32,000 nt of DNA from Mycolicibacterium smegmatis (GTDB taxonomy: Bacteria; Actinomycetota; Actinomycetes; Mycobacteriales; Mycobacteriaceae), in the NCBI RefSeq assembly GCF_001457595.1, contig NZ_LN831039.1, positions 3,120,001 to 3,152,000 of the forward strand. The letters run 5' to 3'. Below are positions 16,292 to 25,704 of the stretch, piece after piece. The notes under the pieces were generated by a model. It had not been told where the DNA came from. It ran no database searches and saw nothing but the letters and a program-made list of their open reading frames with translations. Position 1 is the first letter of the stretch. Each line of letters begins with the position of its first letter. The translations under genes and the position numbers were made by a program.

Positions 16292-17565
16292 CGCCACCAG
16301 GACCGGTCACCGTCGTAGCCACGTTCGAGTATGCCGCGCACCGTTTCCGCGGTCAGCTCGCGCGGATTGTTGGCGGTCAGCCGCGTGGCGAGCATGGCCT
16401 GCTCGGCGACGAAATCGAAGTCGCGCGGCTGCAGGCCGAGCGTGCGCAGGTCGAGCGGGGCACCGAGCGTTGCGAGGATCTCCTCGATCCGCTCGATGGC
16501 TTTCCGGGCCTGTGTCTCTTGCGGATCTGTTTCGCTCGCGACCCCGAAGATGCGCCCGATCTCGGCGAACTCGGGTACCCGCGTCGGCAGGTTGTAGCGC
16601 ATCACATATGGCAGCAACGCGCTGATGCCGAAGCCGTGCGGGGTGTGCGTGAGGTTCCCGATCGGCGACTGGATGGCGTGTGCACCTGCGGTGCCGGCGG
16701 TGTTGATGGCCATACCGGCGCAGTACGCGCCGAAGAGGGTGTCCGAGCGTGCCTGCAGATCACCGGGCCGCGACGCCACAGCGGGCAGGGAGGTGTCGAG
16801 CAGTGCCAGCCCGGTACGTGCGTACGTATCGGCCAGCAGGTTCTTGCCCGCGTAGAGCTTGGTCGCGAGGTCGTCCGGGCCCGGGTTCTTCGCGCGCCCG
16901 GTGAACGATTCGATCAGGTGTGACAGGGCGTCGGCACCCGCGGCCGCGGTCAACCCCGGCGGGCAGGTCAGGGTCAGTTCGGGGTCGATGACAGCGGCCG
17001 TGGCCTCCAGGTGTGGGCTCGCCACACCCACCTTCATGCTCTTGTCCTCGTCGTATATCACCGAGATGCAGGTCACCTCGGCGCCGGTGCCGCCCGTGGT
17101 GGGAACCGTGATCACCGGGCATCCCGGCCCGGGAACCAAGAATTCGCCGTAGTAGTCACGCACGTCGGCGCCGTGCGCGAGCACGACGGAGGCGATCTTT
17201 GCCAGGTCCATGCACGACCCCCCGCCGATCCCGACAATGACGTCGACATCCTCGCGGCGGAACCGCCCGGTGATCTCGGTGACGTTGCGCCGCGGCAGGT
17301 CCGGTTCGGTGCCCCCGTACACCTCGACGGCGACCCCGCATGCGGTCAATCCCTCGGTGATGACGGCGAATTCGGGACTGTCGGCCATGCGGGAATCGGT
17401 GATCATGAGCACCCGCTGCCCGATCGAGGAGACCAGGCGGGGGAGTTGTCTGCGCTGCCCGGGCCCGAACAGGACCGTGCCGGGTTGACGCAACAGGCCG
17501 AGCCCCAGGCTGTTCTCGGTGCGGTGCGTACCGGTCTGAAATGCGGTGACAACCGGGGTGTTCAT
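16288..17565 (-). CDS. Iron-containing (group III) alcohol dehydrogenase family
   Basis: GIGGGSCMDLAK (GGGS nucleotide motif), TTGGTGAEVT, and His-rich metal ligands (AHAIQSPIG, HTPHG). ATGA overlap with the upstream aldehyde dehydrogenase at 17562-17565. Confidence 0.9.
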   Translation of the reverse strand: MNTPVVTAFQTGTHRTENSLGLGLLRQPGTVLFGPGQRRQLPRLVSSIGQRVLMITDSRMADSPEFAVITEGLTACGVAVEVYGGTEPDLPRRNVTEITGRFRREDVDVIVGIGGGSCMDLAKIASVVLAHGADVRDYYGEFLVPGPGCPVITVPTTGGTGAEVTCISVIYDEDKSMKVGVASPHLEATAAVIDPELTLTCPPGLTAAAGADALSHLIESFTGRAKNPGPDDLATKLYAGKNLLADTYARTGLALLDTSLPAVASRPGDLQARSDTLFGAYCAGMAINTAGTAGAHAIQSPIGNLTHTPHGFGISALLPYVMRYNLPTRVPEFAEIGRIFGVASETDPQETQARKAIERIEEILATLGAPLDLRTLGLQPRDFDFVAEQAMLATRLTANNPRELTAETVRGILERGYDGDRSWWR

Positions 17566-19058
17566 GCCAGGCCTGCTTCCTCGTCGACGGTGAGCGCCAG
17601 GTACTTCGGCTCCAGATAGTCGTAGATCGCGTCGTGGCCGCCCTCGCGGCCGAGCCCGGACGCCTTCACGCCGCCGAACGCGGCGGCTGGGTCGGCCATG
17701 ATGCCCCGGTTGATGCCGACCATGCCGAAGTCCAGACGTTCCCCGACCGCCACCGCGCGCGACAGGTCACGGGTGAACACGTAGGCGGCGAGCCCGTACC
17801 GAGTGTCATTGGCGAACTCGATTGCCTCCGAAGTGGATTCGACCTGATAGATCGTGGCGACCGGGGCGAACAGTTCGCGGCTGCACAACTCGGTGGGGCG
17901 TCCGTTGACACGGAACACCGTCGGTGCGAAGAAGAACCCGTCGCCGGGCAGCGCGTTGCCGCCGGTCAGCAGCTCGGAGTCGAGCCCGCGCAGCGTGTCC
18001 ACCAACTCCGAGACCCCGTCGAGTTGCCGGGCCGAGATGATCGGTCCCACGTCGACGCCGTCGTCGAATCCGTTGCCTACGCGCAACTGCTCGGTGAGCG
18101 CCACGAAACGCTTGGTGAACTCCTCGGCGACCGCGCGGTGCACGATGATCCGGTTGGCGGCCACGCACGCCTGCCCGGCATTGCGGAACTTGCACACCAC
18201 GGCCTGCTTCGCGGCGAGTTCGACGTCGGCGTCCTCGAGCACGATGAACGGCCCGTCGCCGCCCAGTTCCATCGACGCGTTGAGGATCCCGGGCGCGGCC
18301 TGGGCGAGCAGCGTCGACCCCACGCCGGTGGAGCCCGTGAAGCTGATCTTGCGTAGCCGCGGATCGGCCATCAGCGCCGCGGACACCGCAGAGGACGACG
18401 TGGTGTGCACGAGGTTGACCACGCCGGCCGGGAAACCGGCCTCACGCAGCGTCTCGACGAACAACGCACAGGTGAGTGGGGTTTCCTTGGCGGATTTCAC
18501 GATCACCGGGCAACCGGCGGCCAGGGCCGCGCCCGCCTTGCGGGCGATCATCAACATCGGAAAGTTCCACGGGGTGATCAGCAGGGCCGGTCCGACCGGT
18601 TGGTGTGTGGTGACCACGCGGTAGCCGCCGTGGGATGCGGGCGCGTAGGTGCCGTGCAGGTGCGCGATCTGCTCGGTGTACCACAGGAAGAACTCGGCAC
18701 TGAGATTGAACTCGGCGCGTGATTCTGCCAATGGCTTACCGCTTTCGGCGGTCATCACCGCGGCGAACGCCTCGGCGCGTGAGCGCAGTAGGCGATACGC
18801 CTCGCCGAACAATCCGGCGCGGGCCCGCGGGGTGACGCGGCGCCACTCGTCGCGCACCGCGTGGGCGGCGTCGAGCGCCGCCAGCGCTTCGGCGGCACCG
18901 GCGTCGGACACATCCGCGATGTGCCCCGTGGTGGCCGGGTCGAGCACGGTGAACGTGGAATCCGTTGTGCGCCAGTCTCCACCGATGAACAAGCCGGTCG
19001 GTACGCGGTGACCGTGCACGGTCTCGACAGGGTGGGTGCTGGCCAGCGTGGTCGTCAT
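17562..19058 (-). CDS. NAD(P)+-dependent aldehyde dehydrogenase (succinate-semialdehyde-dehydrogenase-like)
   Basis: ALDH motifs: ITPWNFP, MELGGDGPFIV (catalytic Glu) and FRNAGQACVAANR (catalytic Cys). Start is ATG at 19056-19058 (MTTTLAS). The 47-codon upstream extension in the track ORF runs through AT-rich promoter DNA. Confidence 0.9.
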   Translation of the reverse strand: MTTTLASTHPVETVHGHRVPTGLFIGGDWRTTDSTFTVLDPATTGHIADVSDAGAAEALAALDAAHAVRDEWRRVTPRARAGLFGEAYRLLRSRAEAFAAVMTAESGKPLAESRAEFNLSAEFFLWYTEQIAHLHGTYAPASHGGYRVVTTHQPVGPALLITPWNFPMLMIARKAGAALAAGCPVIVKSAKETPLTCALFVETLREAGFPAGVVNLVHTTSSSAVSAALMADPRLRKISFTGSTGVGSTLLAQAAPGILNASMELGGDGPFIVLEDADVELAAKQAVVCKFRNAGQACVAANRIIVHRAVAEEFTKRFVALTEQLRVGNGFDDGVDVGPIISARQLDGVSELVDTLRGLDSELLTGGNALPGDGFFFAPTVFRVNGRPTELCSRELFAPVATIYQVESTSEAIEFANDTRYGLAAYVFTRDLSRAVAVGERLDFGMVGINRGIMADPAAAFGGVKASGLGREGGHDAIYDYLEPKYLALTVDEEAGLA

Positions 19059-19237
19059 GAAGCCCAAGCTAGGGCGGTCGGGGCGGTATCCGTCCGACTG
19101 CCTCTTTTTGAGACAGTTCAGGCGCTGACGCCAGATCCGATTACGGTAAACTTTGTGATCCAGATCGCACTGAAGCGCAGGTTCGACGCCCTCCGGCACG
19201 TCGGTTCAGCGGCGGAGTTCGCGTGACGCAAGGAGTG
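19059..19237. promoter_or_regulatory. Divergent control region between the ALDH operon and its putative regulator
   Basis: 179-bp gap with an AT-richer core. Imperfect inverted repeat: ACTGCCTC, ttttt, GAGACAGT (19097-19117, one mismatch). Direct repeat CCAGATC at 19131-19137 and 19160-19166. Odd palindrome TTACGGTAA at 19141-19149. Confidence 0.35.
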
Positions 19238-20959
19238 ATGGTGTCGACACGGCGCAACGAGGCCCGCATCGAGGACATCCGTGCTCAGTTCCTGACAGCG
19301 TCCGAGCCGGGCCGTGCCGTGCCGGCCGATCTGCTGGAGTCGTGGGTGCGGTCCAAGGCAGCCCTGGGGACACCGGCGAACGTCCGCGACGTGCCGCAGG
19401 TGGACGAGGATCTGCTCGACAACCACCTGGTGGAGATGTTCCAGGCGCCCATGGCGCGGGTCGCCGAGGATCTCGGTGGCTCGGGTATGGGCCTGCTGCT
19501 GGCCGACGCCGAGGGTCGGATCCTGCAGCGCTGGTCGCAGGACGCATCGGCGATGAGCCATCTCGACCGGCTCGGCACGGTCCGCGGTGCGGTCCTGGCC
19601 GAGGACACGGTAGGCACCAACGGCGTCGGCACGGTGATCGCGGCTGGCAAGAGCGTCCAGATCGCCGGTGCCGAACACTTCGCCGACATCTACCGCACCG
19701 CGGTGTGCACCGGGGCGCCGGTGTGGCATCCGCTTTCGGGCAAACTGCTCGCGGTGGTGACGGTGTCGACCATGCTCAGCGAACGCAGTGGCCTGCTCGT
19801 GCCGTTGACCAACTCCGTTGCTGCGCAACTCGAACAGCATGTGCTCGACGTGGCCCAGCCGGGCGCCCGCGCCATGCTCGCGGCGTTCCTGGAGTCCTCG
19901 GCCCGGCACGCCGGCCCGGTGGTGGCCTTCGGCCCCGACGGGCTGACGATGCGCAGCCGCCGCGCCGGCGAGCTCACGCAGACTGACGTCGACACCATCA
20001 ACCATCTGTGTGCGGGGCTGCGCCGCGATGTTCAGGTGACGGCCGAGTTGTCCGTGGGCCCGACGGTCATCGACGTCGCCGCACTCGACGGCGGCGCCGG
20101 GGTGGTCGCGGCGCTGCGTCCGGCCCCGAGATCGTCGGCCGCGCACAGCATTGCGTCGTCGTCGGCGCTGGTGGGGCAGTCGAAGTCATGGCGTGCCGTC
20201 GCGCACCGCGTCAGCAGGCACATCGCCACCCGCGAACCGATTCTGGTGGCGGGGGAGTTAGGCACCGGCAAGACCTCGCTCGCGCTCGGCCGGCCGTTCT
20301 CGGCCGGCGCAGCGGATACCGCGACGATCGTGCACGGGGCCGAACGGCAGATCGTCGGCGACCAGACCTGGTTGCAGCGCGTGGCCGACGCGGTCGAGGC
20401 GGGCCCGGTGGTGATCCGCGGGGCCGAGCACGTCGACGGCCACGTCCTGGCCGCGGTCCGGACCCTCATCGACGGGCAGCGGGGCACGACCCCGATCGTG
20501 CTCACCATGACGGCCGCGCTCAGGGCCGAGGCGGAATCGGCGGCCGGCCGGTTCGGGGTGCCCATGGTGTGGGTGCCGCCGCTGCGTGAACGTGTGTCCG
20601 ATATCGGTGTGTTGTGGAATTCCTTTGTCGCCCAGTGCTCGCCGGGCGCGCGCCTCCCGCTCGCGGACGCCGCGCGCCAGGCGCTGGAGGCCGCGGGGTG
20701 GCCGGGGAACCTGTCAGACCTGCGCGGTGCCGTCGACACCGTGCTGGCGTCGGGCAAGCGCGGCACGGTGCAGGTCGACGACCTGCCCGACACCCTGCGC
20801 AGCCGTCGCACCTGGACGCTGATGGAGCGCACCGAGATCGAGGCGATCCGGCGGGCCCTTCAGGAGGCAGATGGCAACCGATCCAAGGCGGCCGAACTGC
20901 TGGGCGTGTCCAGGGCGACGATCCACCGGAAGATGAAGACGTACCACCTTTCCGGCTGA
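19238..20959 (+). CDS. AcoR/NtrC-like regulator: GAF-type sensor, degenerate sigma-54-interaction AAA+ domain, Fis-type HTH
   Basis: AcoR-type GAF core: GTNGVGTVIAAGKSVQIAGAEHF..CTGAPVWHP. Walker A GELGTGKT is at 20252-20275. PPLRERVSDI is present, and the C-terminal HTH is NRSKAAELLGVSRATIHRKMK. Start is uncertain (GTG 19223, ATG 19238 or GTG 19241). AAGGAG at 19230-19235 favours 19238 or 19241. Confidence 0.85.
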   Translation: MVSTRRNEARIEDIRAQFLTASEPGRAVPADLLESWVRSKAALGTPANVRDVPQVDEDLLDNHLVEMFQAPMARVAEDLGGSGMGLLLADAEGRILQRWSQDASAMSHLDRLGTVRGAVLAEDTVGTNGVGTVIAAGKSVQIAGAEHFADIYRTAVCTGAPVWHPLSGKLLAVVTVSTMLSERSGLLVPLTNSVAAQLEQHVLDVAQPGARAMLAAFLESSARHAGPVVAFGPDGLTMRSRRAGELTQTDVDTINHLCAGLRRDVQVTAELSVGPTVIDVAALDGGAGVVAALRPAPRSSAAHSIASSSALVGQSKSWRAVAHRVSRHIATREPILVAGELGTGKTSLALGRPFSAGAADTATIVHGAERQIVGDQTWLQRVADAVEAGPVVIRGAEHVDGHVLAAVRTLIDGQRGTTPIVLTMTAALRAEAESAAGRFGVPMVWVPPLRERVSDIGVLWNSFVAQCSPGARLPLADAARQALEAAGWPGNLSDLRGAVDTVLASGKRGTVQVDDLPDTLRSRRTWTLMERTEIEAIRRALQEADGNRSKAAELLGVSRATIHRKMKTYHLSG

Positions 20960-20976
20960 CCGGTCGTGCGTCGGGC

Positions 20977-21708
20977 TCACTGGGCCAGGTATCCGCCGTC
21001 GATCACCAATTCCGAACCCGTGACGAAACTGGCTTCGTCAGAGGCCAGGAACACCACGCCGTTGGCGATCTCGTCAGGTGTGCCCGCGCGGCCCATGGGG
21101 GTCTGGCTCACGACATAGTCGTTGATGGTGGTTTCCTGTGCGTCGGTCAGCGGTGTGCGGATGAACCCGGGATGCACCGAGTTGACGCGCACATTGTCCT
21201 TGGCGTAACTGATCGCGGCACTCTTCGACATGTTGCGTACCGCACCCTTCGTGGCGTGGTAGGCGTGCGCGCCGGCCACCGCGGCCGAACCCCAGATCGA
21301 GGAGATGTTGATGATCGAACCGCCGTGCTGGGACACCATGTGCGGGATCACCGCGCGCATCCCGAGCCACGTGCCGGTCTGGTTGGTGGCGACCACGCGA
21401 TTCCACTCGGGCACTGTGAGTTCGTGCAGCCCCTGGTAGGCGATGATGCCCGCGTTGTTCACCAGCACGTCGATACGGCCATACCGTTCTACGGTTTCGG
21501 TGACCACCGAATCCCAGTCTTCTTCTGACGCAACATCGAGTTGGCGGTACTCGACTTCGGCCGAGCGCGGGCCCAGCGCCTCGTCGGTTTTCGACCGGCC
21601 CGTCGCGACCGTGATGGCGCCCTCGCGGGCCAGGGCATCGGCGATCGCGTGGCCGATTCCACGGCACGTACCGGTGACGATGGCGACCTTGCCGTCCAAT
21701 CGATTCAT
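20977..21708 (-). CDS. Short-chain dehydrogenase/reductase (classical SDR)
   Basis: TGTCRGIG (TGxxxGxG), NNAG, the Ser...YHATK catalytic set, and C-terminal GSELVIDGGY. Confidence 0.9.
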   Translation of the reverse strand: MNRLDGKVAIVTGTCRGIGHAIADALAREGAITVATGRSKTDEALGPRSAEVEYRQLDVASEEDWDSVVTETVERYGRIDVLVNNAGIIAYQGLHELTVPEWNRVVATNQTGTWLGMRAVIPHMVSQHGGSIINISSIWGSAAVAGAHAYHATKGAVRNMSKSAAISYAKDNVRVNSVHPGFIRTPLTDAQETTINDYVVSQTPMGRAGTPDEIANGVVFLASDEASFVTGSELVIDGGYLAQ

Positions 21709-21854
21709 CTCGACTGCCTTTCTGTGATGAACATCTGGGGTTCAGGCAACGGGATTGCTGCACCGGGTCGTGGTGGTGGATCACAGTGATACAGGCGTGC
21801 GTCATTTTGCGACACCATGGCAACGGTCTGGTGACGGCGCACACACTTGCGCCC

Positions 21855-22772
21855 ATGTCGATAAACCAACCGAATGACCCTCTGGGCGTCATCTATGCCG
21901 AATGGACCGAAGAGTTCGTCGCCAACCCGGACATGTCGCTGCGCCTCATGCGGTGGGTGTTCGAGGATTGGCAACGCGTCACGTCCGAACCAGAAGACGT
22001 CACCTATGCGTCGACCCGGATCGGTGGTGTGCCAGGCATTCTCGTCAAGCCACTCGACGCCGATCCCGGGCAGATGCTGGTTGTGCTGCACGGCGGCGGG
22101 TTCGCGCTCGGATCGTCGGCGAGCCACCGCAAACTGGCCGGGCACCTGGCTCGCGCGTTCGGCGCGCACGCTTTCGTCGCCGACTTCCGGCTTGCTCCCG
22201 AACACCCGTATCCCGCACAGATCGACGATGCGACAGCCGTTTTCACCTCGCTCCTCGACAATGGCATCGACGCGAGCAGCATCACTTTCGTGGGGGACAG
22301 CGCCGGCGCCAGCATCGCCGTCGCCACCACGTTGCGCCTGTTGCGCGACGGGGCGCCCGTGCCGGGCCGCGTCATCACGATCTCGCCGTGGCTCGACATG
22401 GAGAACAGCGGCAGCACCATCGAGTCCAACGACGCCACCGACTTCCTCATCACGCGGGAGGGCCTGCAGGGCAACATCGACCGCTACCTGTCGGGCGGCG
22501 CATCGCCGACCGACCCGCTGGTGAACCCGCTCTACGCCGATTTCACCGGCTTCCCACGGCTGTACATCACGGTGTCCGACACCGAATCGCTGTACGCCGA
22601 CGCCACGAGACTCGCCGAGAAGGCACGTGCCGCGGGTGTCGACGTGACGTTCGAGGTGGCGTCCGGGCAGCAGCACGTCTTCCCGCTGCAGGCCGGAGTG
22701 CTGCCCGAGGCCGACGCTGCGATCGAGTCGATGGCGGCCTGGTACCGCTCCGCCAAACCCCTTGCCGTCTGA
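21855..22772 (+). CDS. Alpha/beta-hydrolase esterase, hormone-sensitive-lipase (family IV) type
   Basis: Oxyanion-hole motif LHGGGFALGS and nucleophile elbow GDSAGAS. Start is taken as ATG 21855 (MSINQPN). No clear SD, and in-frame GTG codons exist upstream (21786, 21831). Confidence 0.85.
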   Translation: MSINQPNDPLGVIYAEWTEEFVANPDMSLRLMRWVFEDWQRVTSEPEDVTYASTRIGGVPGILVKPLDADPGQMLVVLHGGGFALGSSASHRKLAGHLARAFGAHAFVADFRLAPEHPYPAQIDDATAVFTSLLDNGIDASSITFVGDSAGASIAVATTLRLLRDGAPVPGRVITISPWLDMENSGSTIESNDATDFLITREGLQGNIDRYLSGGASPTDPLVNPLYADFTGFPRLYITVSDTESLYADATRLAEKARAAGVDVTFEVASGQQHVFPLQAGVLPEADAAIESMAAWYRSAKPLAV

Positions 22773-22788
22773 ACGCGAAGGACCTGAC

Positions 22789-24435
22789 ATGCACCAGAAC
22801 ACGGCCAACGACTTCGAAACATTCGACGCGATCGTCATCGGCGCCGGATTCTCCGGTTTGGCGATCCTGCACCACCTGCGCGAGATCGGCCTGCGCACCG
22901 TGGTGCTCGACGCGCAGGACGGTATCGGCGGGACCTGGTGGGCCAACCGGTATCCCGGCGTGCGCACCGACAGCGAATACAGCTACTACTCGTTCTCGTT
23001 CTCGAAGGAAGTTCGCGAGGAATGGACGTGGTCGCAGCGCTACCCTGCGGGCCAGGAGGTGCTCGACTACCTCAACTTCGTGGCCGACCGCCTGGATCTG
23101 CGTCGCGACATCCGCCTCGGTGTCCGTGTCGATTCGGCACGCTACGACGAACCCGCCAACCGCTGGGTCGTCACCACCACCGACGGCGTGGAACTGACCA
23201 CGAAGTACCTCATCAGCGGTATGGGTGTGCTCTCGCAGTCGATCTACCCGGACATCCCGGGTATCGAGACGTTCGCCGGCGCGAGGTACCACACCGCCCA
23301 CTGGCCGCGTGACGGCGTCGACCTCGCGGGCAAGCGGGTAGGTCTGATCGGACTCGGCGCGTCGGGCATTCAGGTGGTGCCGACGATCGCACCGGAGGTC
23401 GCCGAACTCGTGGTGTTCCAACGCACCCCGAACTTCGTGGTCGAGACCACCAACGATCCCGTGACGCCCGAGCAGATGCAGTGGCTGCGTGAGAACTACG
23501 ACACGGTGTTCGAGAAGGCCGCCAACCACCCGTTCGGGGTCGCGATGGAACCCGCACAGTTCAGCGCACTCGAGGTCGACGACGACGAACGCCGACGCAT
23601 CTTCGAAGCGAAGTGGAACGAGGGCGGATTCCACTTCGCCAACGAGTGTTTCAACGACCTGGCCACCAACCACCAGGCCAGCGAGCTCGCCTCGGAATTC
23701 ATCCGGTCCAAGATCCGCGAGATCGTCAAGGATCCCGCGACCGCGGATCTGCTGTGCCCCAAGGACTATTCCTTCAACGGCAAGCGCGTCCCCACCGGTC
23801 ACGGCTACTACGATGCGTTCAACCTCGACCACGTGCGCCTCGTCGACGTGGCATCACAACCCATCACGGAGATCACACCGCACGGCGTCAAGGTGGGGGA
23901 GCGCGAATACGAACTCGACGTGTTGATCTTCGCGACCGGATTCGACGCCATGACCGGCACACTCACCTTCATCGACATCATCGGGCGCGACGGGATCACG
24001 TTGCGCGGCAGGTGGGCCCGCGACGGGCTACGGTCGAACCTGGGGATCGGCGTGCACGGGTTCCCGAACTTCTTCATGTCCCTCGGCCCGCAGACGCCGT
24101 ACTCCAACCTGGTGGTCCCCATCCAGCTTGGCGCGCAATGGCTACAGCGCGCCATCCGCTGGGCCGAGGACAACGGGGTGGACCGGCTGGAGGCCACGCG
24201 GGAATCCGAAGAGTGGTGGGCCGAGGAGACCGAACGTGCCGGCAAGGCCACGGTGATGTACACCGAGGGCAAGAAGGCCAAGGCGTGGTTCCTCGGCGAG
24301 AACGTGCCAGGCAAGCCCGAGGCCTTCCTGGTGTACATGGGGGGTGGGCAGGTCTACCAGCAGTACTGCCGTGAGGTCGAGCAGAGCGGCTACGCGTCGT
24401 TCCTGGCGGGTGCTCTCGTCGGCGACGCCGTCTGA
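22789..24435 (+). CDS. Type I Baeyer-Villiger monooxygenase (FAD/NADPH dependent)
   Basis: GAGFSGL FAD Rossmann motif, GGTWWANRYPG, BVMO fingerprint FAGARYHTAHWP (FxGxxxHxxxWP), and a second Rossmann GLGASGIQ. ATG 22789 lies 6 nt after GAAGGA. Confidence 0.92.
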   Translation: MHQNTANDFETFDAIVIGAGFSGLAILHHLREIGLRTVVLDAQDGIGGTWWANRYPGVRTDSEYSYYSFSFSKEVREEWTWSQRYPAGQEVLDYLNFVADRLDLRRDIRLGVRVDSARYDEPANRWVVTTTDGVELTTKYLISGMGVLSQSIYPDIPGIETFAGARYHTAHWPRDGVDLAGKRVGLIGLGASGIQVVPTIAPEVAELVVFQRTPNFVVETTNDPVTPEQMQWLRENYDTVFEKAANHPFGVAMEPAQFSALEVDDDERRRIFEAKWNEGGFHFANECFNDLATNHQASELASEFIRSKIREIVKDPATADLLCPKDYSFNGKRVPTGHGYYDAFNLDHVRLVDVASQPITEITPHGVKVGEREYELDVLIFATGFDAMTGTLTFIDIIGRDGITLRGRWARDGLRSNLGIGVHGFPNFFMSLGPQTPYSNLVVPIQLGAQWLQRAIRWAEDNGVDRLEATRESEEWWAEETERAGKATVMYTEGKKAKAWFLGENVPGKPEAFLVYMGGGQVYQQYCREVEQSGYASFLAGALVGDAV

Positions 24436-24445
24436 GCACCGTGTG

Positions 24446-24502
24446 CCGAAACGCCATTCCAGCAGAAAGTGCGAGTAGACCCCTGCTGGAATGCCGTTTC
24501 GG
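24446..24502. terminator. Long hairpin (bidirectional terminator candidate) between the convergent BVMO and thiolase genes
   Basis: CCGAAACGCCATTCCAGCAG (24446-24465) pairs with CTGCTGGAATGCCGTTTCGG (24483-24502). That is 19 of 20 bp with a 17-nt loop. There is no U-tract, as is common in mycobacteria. Confidence 0.6.
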
Positions 24503-24510
24503 CGGAAGGA

Positions 24511-25695
<1,185 letters not shown>

Positions 25696-25704
25696 CAGTG
25701 CCTC

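Noticed and set aside
19059-19199. A possible 47-codon N-terminal extension or upstream ORF in frame with the aldehyde dehydrogenase.
   Set aside because: It runs through the AT-rich divergent promoter and encodes a basic low-complexity peptide (KVYRNRIWRQRLNCLKKRQ). ALDH homologues start near MTTT.
12925-24480. The 9-mer CGAGTAGAC / GTCTACTCG is shared between the 12925-12955 inverted repeat and the loop of the 24446-24502 hairpin (24472-24480).
   Set aside because: A single extra 9-mer match in 32 kb on both strands is within chance by my rough composition-based estimate. The flanking sequence does not align.
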